From Eledone cirrhosa (taxonomy: Eukaryota): a stretch of 64,000 bases of DNA. The translations under genes and the position numbers were made by a program. A model generated the notes under the pieces. That model worked only from the letters and a program-made list of their open reading frames with translations, did not search any database and was not told the DNA's origin. Location of the stretch: the NCBI GenBank assembly GCA_964016885.1, contig OZ024741.1, positions 139,934,001 to 139,998,000 on the forward strand, given 5' to 3'. How positions within the stretch are numbered: the first letter of the stretch is position 1; every line of letters starts with the position of its first letter. Shown piece after piece: positions 1-15,487 of the stretch.

Positions 1-1339
1 GGACATCGAAACAAATCCGTAGGGATGCAGTCAGTCACAGTTAGAAGTAAGGGGATACACACACACTCCACACCCGCATACATCGGCTCGAGGTCAAATA
101 AAAATAAAAATAAAAATAAACATAAAAATAAATACATATACACACAACAACACAGTATTAAACCCGCAGAATTAGCGTGGGTGGGCACACATACACCCCA
201 ACACACACCCAAGCGACATTCGAGAAAAAGCATATATAAGAATGTACCAACACAGCAATCACCGAAACGTTAGTTCGTAAAGCAACAGAAATTATGTCGG
301 TCAAATCTCAATTTGACGATGTAAATCGGAAATGTTAAGTTAACCAACGCTACACACACATACACACAGACACAAGCGCGTGCGCGCAAGTAAGTTCAGT
401 TCAGTGTTCTGCTGTACGTGTAAAGATCCAATTGTAACATCAATATCTACAAGTGTGTGTTATGGTAAAAGGTATACACACATCCGAATTGTCCAAAAAG
501 GGGGGGGGGGGGTGTTCGGGTATATACACATCCATGTGAAGAGCAAGCAATCAGCTCATGTCGAACTCCTTGTGTACCGATGTCCAGTTGAGAATCAAAA
601 TAACCAAATCCGTGCGTGCAAGCAACTGCAGTGTGGGCCGGCAAAGGGCTCTATGTGGGGTTGGGTATAGGGTAAATGAGTCCGCAAGTGCGATCTCCCG
701 CCACATGGGCCAATGAGCTTTTAAGATAATTGTTTGAGTGGTGGAGGTGTGTTATTCAGCATAGAAGGTGAAATAGGAAAATACAGGACAGTGAATGTGT
801 GTAGGCCCATTAATGGTGTGTCAGTATCATTGTTCAATCCGTAACAATGAGTCCTCCATGGTTAGATGATCACGCATCAAAACATGGTGTAGAGTTCAGT
901 CGGTAGGAACGTGACATTCGTAAATGTTGGAGCTCAATGTCTAAAGGAAGCGGGTAGTACTGCCGCCTAATTTCAATGCTGTTGGTACTAATAGAAACAG
1001 TCACCCAGGTACTAACACTGGCTCTGATCAACGTAACGCCAGCGGAAACTCTAGTTGTAACCTTAATTGTGGAACCGATAGAACTACCTTTGAACGCAGT
1101 ATGGAACGAGGGTCGAGTTGGGAGAATTGGGACATGTGTAGCAGACGCTTAGCTGATACAACCCAGCTATCGAGGGTAACCCCAATAGCCGCACGGGGGT
1201 TACACCGCCCTGGAGACTTGGGACGATTCCGAACACAATCGTGACACCCCTGGAAACCACCGACCTACAGGTAATTTCCAGTTACAATAGACTGGATACT
1301 ACTAGGGTGAGTGGTAATTCTAATATAGTTAGTAGGAAC

Positions 1340-2200
1340 AGGAGGCATCGGACCAGAAAAGTCCTGTGGTTTTATCCCCCTTACTCCACTGGCCTGACCA
1401 CTAGTATAGCTAAGCTTTTCTTTAGGGCCTTAGACAATTGCTTCCCCAGATCGCACAGATATTATAAAATATTCAATAGAAATACTATCAAGTTGTCCTA
1501 CTCCACAACTAGTAACATAGCTCAGAATATAGCTCAGATGAATTTTAGTTGACTTATGACAGCCAATGAGGGATTTAGGCATGGCAGGAACAATGGCAGC
1601 TCTATTGAGGAACTGACTCATACACGTGAGGCGAGTCGGGTTGCCCCTACTCCGAGGAATTTATCCATAGAGCAGACTGGAACTGAGACCCGACCCCAAA
1701 GGTACCGTGGTCCTTCCAGAACCACCCAGATCGATAGCAGAAAATGCAACTGCAGAAGTACCGCCACCTGCCCCTTGGCTGGGAAATGCCTTACCAAAAA
1801 CATAGTCTACGACTGTAAGGTCTCCACTCCTGATAGAAATTTTAGGTATGTTGGGGCAACTGCCACTGAATTTAAGGGTAGATGGTATAATCACCGCCAT
1901 ACATTTAATAGATTAGATAAGAAAAATAGCACGGCACTTTCGGAATTAGTCTGGAAGCTTAAACTTCAGAATATAGAGCACTCCTTATCCTGGTCCATAA
2001 TTTTTTCAGCCCAACCTTATAACGGCAGCACTGGCGTCTGCAATTTATGTATAGCTGAAACTTTCAATATTATTAGAGGCGGCCCCTTGTTAATTAATAG
2101 AAGAGCGGATTTTTCAGCAACTGTCAACATAGAACCTCTAAAACCTTCCTCAGGATTTTTGGAAGGCAACCGACCAATAACTCCTCCCTCTATACTTTAG
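1340..2200 (+). pseudogene. Penelope-like (Naiad-type) RT C-terminal linker + GIY-YIG endonuclease remnant
   Basis: RKVLWFYPPYS...FPRSHRYYKIFNRNTIKLSYST linker, then CNCRSTATCPLAGKCL, NIVY...YVG (GIY-YIG), FKGRWYNH, STALSELVW, CNLCIAE. ORFs 1241-1552 and 1556-2200 are in the same frame, separated by one TGA. Confidence 0.85.
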
Positions 2201-3736
2201 CCCTAGAGTCCTCTCAATAAACGGACAGTCACACACTTAGGTAGTTAGACGGCTAAGATTGTTTGCGCACTCGCAAAGATACTCGGCCTGTTTCCACGGA
2301 GTTCTCATAGCTGAATGCTCTCTTTTAGAATACCTAACTAGTAAATAGTTAGATTGATTACACACTTAGTTAGGACCGATTACGCTCCCTATACATAGCT
2401 CTACACACAGTAACCGTTTCCTTTAGACATTGAGCTCCAACATTTACGAATGTCACGTTCCTACCGACTGAACTCTACACCAGGTTTTGATGCGTGATCA
2501 TCTAACCATGGAGGACTCATTGTTACGGATTGAACAATGATACTGACACACCATTAATGGGCCTACACACATTCACTGTCCTGTATTTTCTTACTTCATC
2601 TTCTATGCTGAATAACACACCACCACTCAAACAATTATCTTAAAAGCTCATTGGCCCATGTGGCGAGAGATCGCACTTGCGGACTCATTTACCCAATACC
2701 CAACCCCACATAGAGCCCTTTGCCGGCCCACACTGCAGTTGCTTGCACGCACGGATTTGGTTATTTTGATTCTCAACTGGACAGCGGTAAACAAGGAGTT
2801 CGACATGAGCTGATTGCTTGCTCTTCACATGGATGTGTATATACCCGGACATCCCGCCCACCCTTTTTTTGGACGATTCGGATGTGTGTATACCTTTTAC
2901 CATAACACACACTTGAAGATATGAATGTTACAATTGGATCTATACGCGTATAGCAGAACATTGAACTGAACTTACTTGCGCGCACGCACGTGTGTGTGTG
3001 TATATGTGTGTAGCGTTGGTTAACCCAATATTTCCAATCTACATCGTCAAATTGAGCTCTTCACATGGATGTGTATATACCCAGACATCCATTTTTTTTA
3101 CCTTTTGCCATAACACACACTTGAAGATATTGATGTTACAATTGGATCTTTACACGTACAGCAGAACACTGAACTGAACTTACTTGCGCGCACGCGCTTG
3201 TGTCTGTTTGTATGTGTGTGTAGCGTTGGTTAACTTAACATTTCCGATTTACATCGTCAAATTGAGATTTGACCGACATAATTTCTGTTGCTTTACGAAC
3301 TAACTTTTCGGTGATTGCTGTGTCGGTACATTCTTATATATGCTTTTTCTCGAATGTCGCTTGGGTGTGTGTTGGGTGTATGTGTGCCCACCCACGCTAA
3401 TTCTGCGGGTTTAATACTGTGTTGTTGTGTGTATATGTATTTATTTTTATGTTTATTTTTATTTTTATTTGACCTTGAGCCGATGTATGCGGGTGTGGAG
3501 TGTGTGTGTATCCACTTACTTTTAACTGTGACTGACTGCATCCCTACGGATTTGTTTCGATGTCCAGCGTCTTTTGCAGCGATGGAAGTCTGAAAACTTT
3601 TGTGACCTCAATTTTAAGCTAATAGCAGTCGCCTTATCTCTGACTGACTGGTGTGCCTCCATATGAGGGAATGAATTATGTGAGGTAACATCGTTTGTTT
3701 CTCCCTCATATCAAGAAATTTGAAGACCATTTATTT

Positions 3737-3810
3737 TCACCTGATGAGATCAGTGATAATTGATCGTGATTTCACAAACAATCTTTCTCTTATTGAAACA
3801 TATGTCGTGA
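3737..3810 (+). ncRNA. Type-I hammerhead ribozyme candidate (family A; extended, irregular stem II)
   Basis: TCAC CTGATGA ... GAAA CATATG TC GTGA. Stem I is TCAC/GTGA, the loop-3 palindrome is ACATATGT and the site is GUC. Confidence 0.6.
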
Positions 3811-3851
3811 TTAAATGATAGGAATTTTACCTTGCCTTTGGATTTTCATTT

Positions 3852-3975
<124 letters not shown>

Positions 3976-4325
3976 ATATAGAATACAAAGATAAAGAGTA
4001 AGAATAGAAAGGAACGGGGAAAATGAGTAATTCTGGGTGTGGAGGTACACGTGCGTATTCAGTCATCCCCTTTAGATATTTGACGTCCAAGAAGTACCTT
4101 CCGTGTCATATAGGTTTAGGAAGGGAGGTAATCATTGTATATGTCAGGTAGACATGAATGCATCCATGCGTGTGTGAGTGTGTGTGTGCCTGCGTGTGTG
4201 TTTGTCTGTGTGTGCGCATGTAGGTGTTTTCGTATCTTTACTGCCGATTCTAGACTTTTGTGGGACGACTCTCTCTCTGAATATCTAAAGTTTTAATTGT
4301 ATCTCCATCTTCAAAAGGGCTTATT

Positions 4326-4405
<80 letters not shown>

Positions 4406-5216
4406 ACTGTGTGTCTCTCTCTCTTCAGATGTGTGCATGTGTTTGTCCGTGTCTATGTGTGTAGTTTTCGTGTGGTTAAAATCCCCATCCAGCCAACCAA
4501 CAAACATCTCTCTTTTATATTATATATAGATTACGTGGTATGGTCGTGAGCGATGCTGCTTAGCTTCGAATACGACTATATGGTTGCGCAACCGTAAACG
4601 GCAAACCTACAAAGTGTGAAGTCACTGTATGCATGCAGGTGGACACAGCTAGGAAGTGGTGGGGTCAGATAAAGATTAGGAAACATTCAACTCCGACAGC
4701 ATCACATTTGCTTCACTAAACGCCACACCAAAACAGACGCGAAGGCAAGAGATGCAAGCACGCTTGAACCTGAGCTCTGAACAGTGTGTCGGTTGAGTGT
4801 GCGGGCATGTGCACATACCTATGCATGCATCAGTAAGTGTTGTATTTTGATAGTTATGTATGTGCAGAGGTAGATATGTGTTGGTTTGTATATGCGGATG
4901 TTTAGATGCGGTTGTGCATTGTGTGGTGGCTGCAGTTGTATGCGCGATTTTGTCTGAGAGTATAAAGGGTGGTTATAGTAACAGTGGGGAGAATTGAGTC
5001 GAATCGGAAGTTAAATAATGCTCGGTCACGGTACGAGTGGCTGTGGACCCGTGGTTTAAAATCTAGGGCTGGAAGAGTGAGGTGTTAATTAGAGTTGTTG
5101 AGTGAACGGAAGTGACGAGCAACGGTAGTGCATTTTCTTTACTTAGTCGTATATCCCTCAGGTGTTAGGTAAATCGATCCGCCAGACGGTGGCCGATTTA
5201 TCCGGTGTAAATGAAT

Positions 5217-5252
<36 letters not shown>

Positions 5253-5352
5253 TCGTGGTCCTGGCGCTTTTCCTATTACCCACGCTACTACCCTAAGTAT
5301 TGAGTAATATGGTGCGTTATGGTCCAGCTGGTATCTTACTACGCCCTCTTTG

Positions 5353-5404
<52 letters not shown>

Positions 5405-5623
5405 TTACTCGGCGGTCTTATGTTATTTCCACTACTGAATTTCGCCCAGAAGTTAATGATGAATGCGAGATTTTATAGAAGGTAACTTCCCAAGGGATCA
5501 AAGAGCGAGAGTGGACTCAGTACCACTTGTTTGTAAGTGAACTCCTGATGAAACACTTACATTTGAAATCATATTCATATTTTTAAAAGCATTACTCGAA
5601 ATACTACTGCCAGATGAAGGTGA

Positions 5624-6939
<1,316 letters not shown>

Positions 6940-7245
6940 ATTCATATCGCAAAATTTTCGAAGCAAAGGAATATGTTTTATATTTCCATTTTTACATAAC
7001 ATTAAAATTGATGTATTTTTTACATACAAATGCCTGGAAATATTCACTGACATGTCTTTTTATAAGCTTCGTCAATTGTAGATTTCAATAACAAATCTAT
7101 TAACGCTGCCAAAGTTTGCATTATGTTTACTTTTAACTTTTTTCCTGTAATACATAATTACATAAAATGCATTCGTTTGTAATGTATATATGCATAATAT
7201 ACATATGAATGTACATATACAAATACATATGTGTGTGTGTGTGTA

Positions 7246-7320
<75 letters not shown>

Positions 7321-7456
7321 AAATGTTTTTTTATATTTTTCCTCTCCACAGTTTTCTCTATCTTTCTATTTCTTCTGTTACTTCCCGTTCCAACTTTTGA
7401 CACTTTTCCTGCTATATCAAACTGTAATATAATACTTGCCTTCAATGTACACACAC

Positions 7457-7522
<66 letters not shown>

Positions 7523-7649
7523 GAGACATGTACAAACACGTGAGCAGGTACACATAATCATTGTTGTGTGATATGTTAGATATATCCTAAATTTCAAAGT
7601 TATATTTGTAAAAACTAATTTGCTTTCTATTTCTTTCTTTTTTTTTCAG

Positions 7650-7802
7650 CTCACTATTCAATCCTTGGTGTAACGTTTTATTTCACCAGAAATCTAGGAT
7701 TTTTCATTCTTCAAACCTATATACCTTGTTACCTAATTGTGGCGCTATCTTGGATATCGTTCTGGATCAACAGAGACGCAGCCCCCGCCAGAGTACTCCT
7801 CG
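7650..7802 (+). CDS. Internal exon of a Cys-loop ligand-gated chloride channel subunit (GABA-A/GlyR-like): end of extracellular domain, TM1, start of TM2
   Basis: Polypyrimidine tract + CAG acceptor (7647-7649) and GTAAG donor at 7803. The 153-bp phase-1/phase-1 exon translates as HYSILGVTFYFTRNLGFFILQTYIPCYLIVALSWISFWINRDAAPARVLL(G), matching the R..GYF.LQTY.P....V.LSW.SFW.....PAR signature of anion-selective Cys-loop receptors. Confidence 0.95.
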
Positions 7803-7964
7803 GTAAGATCAGTATTTGATATGTCGTATTTTTTTCTTCTTACAGGATATACTGTATAGCTAGTTAGTGTAATTTTCTCCAAGGAAGCTTTTTTGGGGAG
7901 ACATATATTGTATATTTAAGTAAACAACATTTTTTAATTTATTAGTTTAGAAAGACAATGTCGC

Positions 7965-8330
7965 AGAAGCTGACACTCATTCATGAAACGTGCAAATTGT
8001 TTCTCATCAACCATGAAAGCTACCACCGCTTCATCCACAACAGCCTTAAATCAATTTACAAAAAGATCAGACATCAGCCATCAATGAGATTAACAAACAA
8101 AACGAGCCAATGTATTAGCTCGGACATCCAAATCCATGACCGTACTGAACCAATTGTCCCACGGGAACCGTATCTCCTCCTGGTAGGCCACAGCTGCAGC
8201 TCAACTATATTCCTCATGAACACCACAAAGTCAGATATTCGATGGATCTGCAAATAACTGCTGGATCACAATATATCCAAGAATAAGGGACATTCCCGTC
8301 TTCGACGGATTAACATCAAGATGAAGCCTA
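7965..8330 (+). pseudogene. Decayed Penelope-like RT N-terminal fragment
   Basis: Across frameshifts it reads ESYHRFIHNSLKSIYKK...AINEINK...DIQIHDRTE...LMNTTKSDIRWICK*LLD, resembling the Y......IT..YKK / IN / I.DR.E / LINP.KSEIG.ISK..LD motifs of Penelope RTs. Confidence 0.55.
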
Positions 8331-8390
8331 AGATCATTCAACGCTACATTCGATAATTATTACGTCACTGTCACCCTTCAAAGACACACA

Positions 8391-8476
<86 letters not shown>

Positions 8477-9169
8477 CATACAGATGTATTGATAGAAAAG
8501 GGGTTTCCTTCTCCTTTCGAGGAGAAACAATTGTGTATTATTGAATTATAAACACATTGGTTTATGCTGTGACGTGAGTGTTGACATATGGGAAATTCCC
8601 CAGATAAAACATCGACTCTTTTCATTATGAACATTATAAAAAAATTTTCAAATCATAATATATTCTACAAATTAGGAGAGACTGGCCTTTGAATGATTTG
8701 CTTGAAAGCAGATTTTAAATATAATAATATTGTTTGTATTGTTTCACCATTCCCGATTTTAATGTTACTATATATAAAATAAATATAAAATTTTGGATTT
8801 AACTCAACATGATTAAAACTAAACAATGGAATGCGTGCGATATTCTGACCTTGTTATTTCGCTACAACCATTGGTAGATTGGATCTAAAAATATTGGTTT
8901 CCAGGGAGTGACAAACGGGCATATACAAGTACTATACTAGCATTTAATTTTTGTATCAAATAAATTTCTTTTTTCAAATCCTCTTTATTTCTGTGTATGC
9001 AATTGAGCATAAAATTGTAAAGTGAAAATACGGAGTATAGAATATATTGAAAATGCATTACCTTCTCCAATAAAAAAGATCTTGTGAAATATACACATCC
9101 ACAAAATAGCTAGCAGTAGTAGCTTCGGTTTTCACACTCAATACACACACACACAAACATATATATATA

Positions 9170-9517
9170 TATGTAGAAATTATATTTAATTTGTTGGGAT
9201 ACAAGCAAATATATTTATAACTGATATAAAGCACTCAACAAATTTTTGGAGTAAAAATACAATATATTAAAAATGGAAACTATATTTATAAAACCATATT
9301 TATTTCATTATACATATTTCAAGGACACCAAAGCAAATTATGGTGCGCATTCATCAGATAAAATATAATATAGATCAGTTTCATAAACAAATATTAACAT
9401 ACCCTTAAAGAATGCGACCAAGTCGGTTGGAAGCTCCTGGATAGTCTATCCGGGAGCTTCCAACACACATGGTCGCATTCTTTAAGGGTATGTCAATATT
9501 TGTTTATGAAACTGATC
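9170..9517 (-). mobile_element. Fold-back pLTR-like element, family B, with hammerhead at 9303-9363 (-)
   Basis: The minus strand reads TTTTAT CTGATGA ATGCGCACCA..TGGTGTCCTT GAAA TATGTA TA ATGAAA. Hairpin at 9373-9517. The same family occurs at 33597-33792, ~41710-41757 and 53520-53976. Confidence 0.75.
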
Positions 9518-10037
9518 ATTCATCCAAGCACAAGGTCGGTTTCATCGTAGTACAAATCAAAAGTTAAAACACAGATAAACTTGTCAAAGGACATCCACGT
9601 GATATACAATATGGGAAGAAAGCATAAATAATAAATATCAACATTCATATAAGAGAAGAACGAAAAGATAGAAGAAGCATATGAAAAATATGATCATATA
9701 AATGTAAATAAAAGCAGCTAAAAGCATAATAAACTTTAAAACATGCTGGTATAGAGAAAACTGCTGCTATAAGGAAATTAAGCATAATGCAAGGCATATA
9801 ACATAATGATAAATTTACATATAACATAAGCATTACAAAAGTCGATAAAGTTAATGCATAAATTTAAGAACATCAAAATATATATTTCGAAATATTTTTA
9901 ATAAAACGTTCTACTACATCGTTCAGTCTTAAGTATATAGATAATATATTATACTTCAAAGGTAATAATATCAATTGAGTGCAGTCAGCAAAATAAACGT
10001 TAAAATGTATTTCACCTCTGTATTATATTTATTATTT

Positions 10038-10221
10038 TGGTGGATTGGCAGAATTGGTAGAGGGTTGGACATGCTTTCCAGCATAGTTATGTCCCTTTAC
10101 GATCTGAGTTCAAATCCCGCCAAGGTTAACTTTGCCTTTCATCCTTACGAGGTCGATAAAATAAAATACCAGTAATGTACTGGGTAAATGCTGGCCTTCT
10201 GCCGAAAGTAGAAACAATTAT
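10038..10221 (+). mobile_element. tRNA-derived SINE (Octopus OR2 / Meta-MESC-core-like)
   Basis: A-box-like TGGCAGAATTGG, B-box GAGTTCAAATCCC, core GCCTTTCATCCTTACG.GGTCGATAAAATAAA.TACCAG and end AAAGTAGAAACAATTA. More than 15 copies in the window. The family name is from recall. Confidence 0.8.
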
Positions 10222-10257
10222 TTTACTTGTAATTCGATAATATTTAATATTAGCCCC

Positions 10258-10299
<42 letters not shown>

Positions 10300-10384
10300 G
10301 CGGGGGTTTACGTGGTTGTGTGTGTTATTGTGCCTGTGTACATGATGGTGATGATGACTGCTATACCTTATGGAAGTTATCACC

Positions 10385-10700
10385 TGACACACAATGCTAT
10401 GGCTTTCGCGATTAGTAAGGCAATGCCCAGCGATGCCAATGCTGCCATAGCTAGATACACAATGCTAGAGCTTCCTTGGTGAGCGGGGGTTCAGCACAGT
10501 AAATCATAAGGAAGCTATTGCCACAGATCCACAGCTAGAGCTTCGAAGGTGAGCGGGTCTTTAGCACAGCAAAGGCAAAGGAAGCTATAGTCACAGACAC
10601 ACGGCTAGAGCTTCCAAGCCGAGCGGGGTATCAGCACAGCAAATCCGAAGAAGCTATAGCCACAGACACAAAGCTAGAGCTTCCCCTACGAGCGGTGCGG
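10385..10700. repeat. Tandem minisatellite, ~4.5 units of 68-70 bp
   Basis: GCTAGAGCTTC starts at 10464, 10534, 10604 and 10673, with a degenerate copy at 10396. Confidence 0.85.
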
Positions 10701-10763
10701 GGCTTCTTCTACATTCTTCTAGTAGAAACGAGAAACAAAATACATCTCTCTCTCCCTCTCTCC

Positions 10764-10794
<31 letters not shown>

Positions 10795-11264
10795 AAGTTT
10801 TGGTCGGGTCCTCCTATCATCCTTCCAGTGTTGTCAAAATAAACTACCAGTCTTTTTTTTTTTTAAACGCATGCTCTAAACATTTATCTTTGAATCCTTT
10901 ATCGTCTTTCCTTCCATACCGGCTTCGTTTATTCTATCATTTGTAAGTCATTACTTTTAATATTATTTAATATCATATTTTCACCTAGAAACAATTAATG
11001 GTATATATATATATTTATTTTTTATTTTTCTTGTTTCCACACATGAATCTTTGAGCTTATTCTGCAGTGGATATGGTGCATGTCTCTCGGACATGACAAC
11101 TCTTAATTTAATTTTGGATATATATATACATGTATATCAAAGAGGGTGTGGTAAGATATTAGGTGGACCATAACGCACCAGAGTACTCAATACTTAGGGT
11201 AGTACGAATCTAGCTGTCGAAATGGCCAGAGCTCAGCCGTCGGGGGCATCACACTTTTCCTAAG

Positions 11265-11432
<168 letters not shown>

Positions 11433-12806
11433 TTTGCAGGGTGACAGTGACGTATATGTGTGTGTATAGTTATATGAGTATGAAGAAAATCTCCAAGCGA
11501 GGAAATGCATAAAGATTGCTCAAGACCTTTAAAAGGCGGAACTTTGCTAACGACTGCTATGAAGAATTGAACCCCATTTATTCAAGATATCTTCTTGCCA
11601 TTATCTGGGAAATATGGGGTTTCAATTCCTCATAGCTGTCATTGGCGAATTCTTTTATCGTCTGCTAAGGTTTTTGAAGTTAGTTTCTAAACAATCTTTA
11701 TAGCATTTGTGCGTTTATCCAATTTCTTCATAAACATATAATCACATATATTCTCATCGTTTCAAAAGCCGAAAATTCGGCTTCGTACATTGTTTATATA
11801 TATATATACAAACACACACACATACACACACACATATACATATATATATATGATTGAACGATTAATATTGTAGTCGGCATATGTAGACAATTTATAATAG
11901 ACACAAACAAATGTCAAAGCAAATAAATTCATAATCTCTTCACGCCGACATTTTAATTTTCATTCTTTCACGTTGAATATATGTCCTCACTAAGTATATA
12001 CACTGAGACTCACATACACACTTACATATATCACATAGATATTTCCCCTTTTTTATTATATACGTATTTGCACACACTACATAAACTTTCATTCATGCAC
12101 ACACATACATAAATCCCACTAAACACCCTTACATTCGCGCGCGCACATACTTATATCATATAATTTTTCCAGTGAATTCACAACGCCCACACTCGAATTG
12201 TCAACGTCTTTTCATTACATTTAACTTAAATTTGCCTTCCTAACAAATCGTCTCCCATCGACCCTTTAAGACTTTCACAGAGATACTCCCTTCATAATGG
12301 GTTTATACACTCCAAAATATTTGGGATTATTAAATTTTCTGAGGTAAGATTCTATTGCTATCTTGGCAATATCAATTTTCTAGTGCATTGTATGGTTTTC
12401 AAACTTATTTAAGTTTGTGTTTCCTATTCAACAAGGCTTCAAGCAAACTACACCACTCTGTTATACATATTCACTCGATTTCATGTAAAAGTCGACCCTT
12501 GTATGCTCAAATGTTGTTTGTTTTGTTATTTTCTTAACTTTTCTATCCATTTTTCTAGGACTTCTGATATTTTCTTAGAAATCAACGTTATATGACCTGG
12601 CGTCTAAGGTACTACCATGGGCCCCCGAGGGGCCCATTTCCCACTTGCCGGTTTGTTTTACTTTTTCGTTTTACATTTTTACTGGTAGTCATTTGGATGG
12701 ATTCCAAGTCCATGCTGGTAATGATTTGCATGAATTTGAACACCCATGAATGCGGGTAAACCTTTTATATTTTGATTCATATGAAATAATATTTAAGATT
12801 TGCAGA

Positions 12807-12879
<73 letters not shown>

Positions 12880-12886
<7 letters not shown>

Positions 12887-13083
12887 GTGAGGTTTTTTTT
12901 ACAAAATGAAAAATAACCGAGGTGTCCTACACGAGTGAAAGTATAAAGAAAAAGAGATGAAATCGAAAATGCAACTGGAGTCTTATTTTTTTTTTAAATA
13001 TATATATAAGGAACCAAATAAATATATATATTTTAAAAAAAAATAAGACTCCAGTTGCATTTTCGATTTCATCTCTTTTTCTT

Positions 13084-13086
<3 letters not shown>
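12880..13086. mobile_element. Truncated fold-back element, family I (same as 46285-46612), inserted in (TA)n
   Basis: Shares TTAGAAAGTGAGGTTTTTTTACAAAATGAAAAATAACCGAGG with 46285. Inverted arms at ~12942-13007 and ~13022-13086. Confidence 0.8.
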
Positions 13087-13119
<33 letters not shown>

Positions 13120-13122
<3 letters not shown>

Positions 13123-15030
13123 CATTTTATAATAAAATAAGAGGAGGCTGGACTTGTGTAAATCCTTGAAAGATTTATTATACTATGATCATTTCAATGA
13201 CCGGGTTCCGTATGAATCCGGTAATATCATCAGGTATTCTAAATATAATAAATGAATGTAACAGATAAATTCCATGGGGCTGAAAATCATAGACCCGAGG
13301 ACGACTGACCATCTACCATCTTCTATTTTAGCCGGTCGCCCACAATGCTGCCCATTTGGCCTACTTAAGGCTATCTGGTGAGGGGGGTAAAGCTTATAGT
13401 GTGCTACTAACCTCCCGGTCAAAGAGAAGAAAAACAGAAAGGAAGAAGAAGAAAAGTCAGCGTTAATGTCATGCTACAAGAAAAAAGACAGAAGGAAAGA
13501 GGAAGAAAAGTCAGCATTAATGCCATGCTACAGTCAGGCCAGGAATTGCCGCGAAAAAAGTTATTCTAATGGACCCGTACCTTAACAGAAGTATATATTA
13601 TAACAGAGGTATATATAGTGGGGGTCTACATGGTATAATGTGTGAACAGAAGATTGGCACGTTGAAATTGGTTTAGATTTATAGGATGAAGTTAAAAAAA
13701 TTAAGATTAACATTATAAAATTAAAAAATTAGAAAAATTGAAAATTAAACAGTTTAAAACAATTTTAAGGTTTTGGGTTGCGTGGTTTAGTTAAAGAAAC
13801 AGTCATTTATGAAGAAACTTTAATTGTATTATAGAGATCCTCTATAGGTTATCCGAGTGGGATGTAGACTAAATATTATGTCCTTGTTTAGCAGTCAAAC
13901 AGCATGCGGCGACTGCAGACTCCGGCCAGCCCATCCTAACCACGTGTTAGATCGCCTAGCGAAAGATATGGAAATTAATTTTTCCAAGCTCTCCAGGAGT
14001 GTCTGCCAGGCCTCGGGTGTGCTAGTGGGAAGTCAGCCATCACCGTTAGGCCATCGTTATACCACACGTGTACTATTAATTTACACACGAAGGGGGGGGG
14101 GTTACTTACGTAGAGGGAGGCATGATACAGCTAATAGTTATGATTAGGCCTAGAATTTAAAGGTACTATATGGCGGTCAAAAAACCGCGGCGTGGTGGAC
14201 CCCGGGGCGAATCATCCGCTCCGAGTAATTTCATTTACCGAAAGAAGAGGAAATTTATTTTTCCAAGCACTTGAGGTAGGCCTATGTACCAGGAGGCCTG
14301 TCCCGCAGCCTGGAAAACCAACACAACAGTCCGACAGAAAATTGGAATGTTAAATTTTTGTTTAGATTTATAGGATTAAGTTAAAAATTTTAAAGATTAA
14401 CTTTATAAAATTAAAAAATTAGAAAATTGAAAATTAAACAGTTTAAAAAATGTTTTTAATGTTTTGGGTTGCGAGGTTTAGTTAAAGAAAGAGTCTTTAA
14501 TGAAGAAACTTTAATTGTATTATAGAGATCCTCTATAAGTTATCCAAGCGGGATGTAGAGTAAGGATTGTGTCCTTGTTTAGCAGTCAAACAGCATGCGG
14601 CGACTACAGACTCCGGCCAGCCCATCCTAAACACGTGTCAGCCATTCCTAGTGATATCGCCTAGCGAAAGATATGGAAATCAATTATTGCAAGCACTCTA
14701 GGAATGCATTCCGGCCTTCAGGTGTGCTAGTGGGAAGTCAGCCATCGCCGTTAGGCCATCGTTATACCAAACGTGTACTATTAATTTACACAGGAGAGGG
14801 ATTTGTTTAAGTAGGTGGAGGCATGATACAGCCAATAGTTATGATTAGGCCTAGATTTTAAAAGTACTATATGGCGGTCAAAAAACGGCAGGGCGGGCCC
14901 CGGGGCGAATCATCCGCTCCGAGTAATTTTATTTACCGAAAGAAGGGGAAATTTATTTTTCCAAGCACTCAAGTTAGGCCTATGCACCAGGAGCCGGTTT
15001 CGCAGCCAGGAAAACCAACACAACAGTCGG
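13120..15030 (-). mobile_element. Long non-coding pLTR-like repeat, family C, copy 1 (hammerhead 13180-13237, internal ~690-bp tandem duplication)
   Basis: Colinear with ~17000-18055. ~13650-14335 is repeated at ~14335-15030. Confidence 0.8.
13180..13237 (-). ncRNA. Type-I hammerhead ribozyme (family C)
   Basis: Minus strand ATAC CTGATGA TATTACCGGATTCATACGGAACCCGGTCATT GAAA TGATCA TA GTAT. Stem I ATAC/GTAT, palindrome ATGATCAT, followed by AATAAA. Confidence 0.8.
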
Positions 15031-15487
15031 ATCATCTCGTGTAATCAATTGTAAAACTCGATGAAAAGCGCAAATAGACTACATCTAGGTCCCCGGATTG
15101 TCCGGGTAATAGGTATTGTTGTTCTCAGGGGAGATATTCTAGTGTCGTGTGCTAATGGGTACACGCGAGTAAAAGTTCGAATAAAAGGAATAAAAAATAC
15201 ATGGGTATATAAAAGTAGAATACGTAGATAAAACATTAATAAAGTAAAAAGGTAGAAATATATAAATAAAAAATAAAAATAACTAGAGTGGTGGTGGAGT
15301 AAAACGGAGAAATCAAAACACAGGAGAAATATAATATAGTTCAAGTTGCAATCAGATAATGCATATAGATATGGAAATGTAATCAGTGTGTGTTCGAGAC
15401 TGAGAATTCAGTGTGAATTACAAAGGCCCTGAAGTATAGGGCAGAGAATTTAGTCAATACAGTACAGTACAATACAGGTTATGGTAT

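Noticed and set aside
5545-5575. CTGATGA...GAAA motif
   Set aside because: Stem II is marginal and there is no stem I. At best a decayed hammerhead.
10038-10125. tRNA-like A/B boxes
   Set aside because: These are SINE heads followed by the SINE core and tail, with no cloverleaf, so they are not tRNA genes.
10385-10700. CRISPR-like appearance of conserved repeats with variable spacers
   Set aside because: The variable segments are only 4-8 nt, the context is a eukaryotic intron and there are no cas genes.
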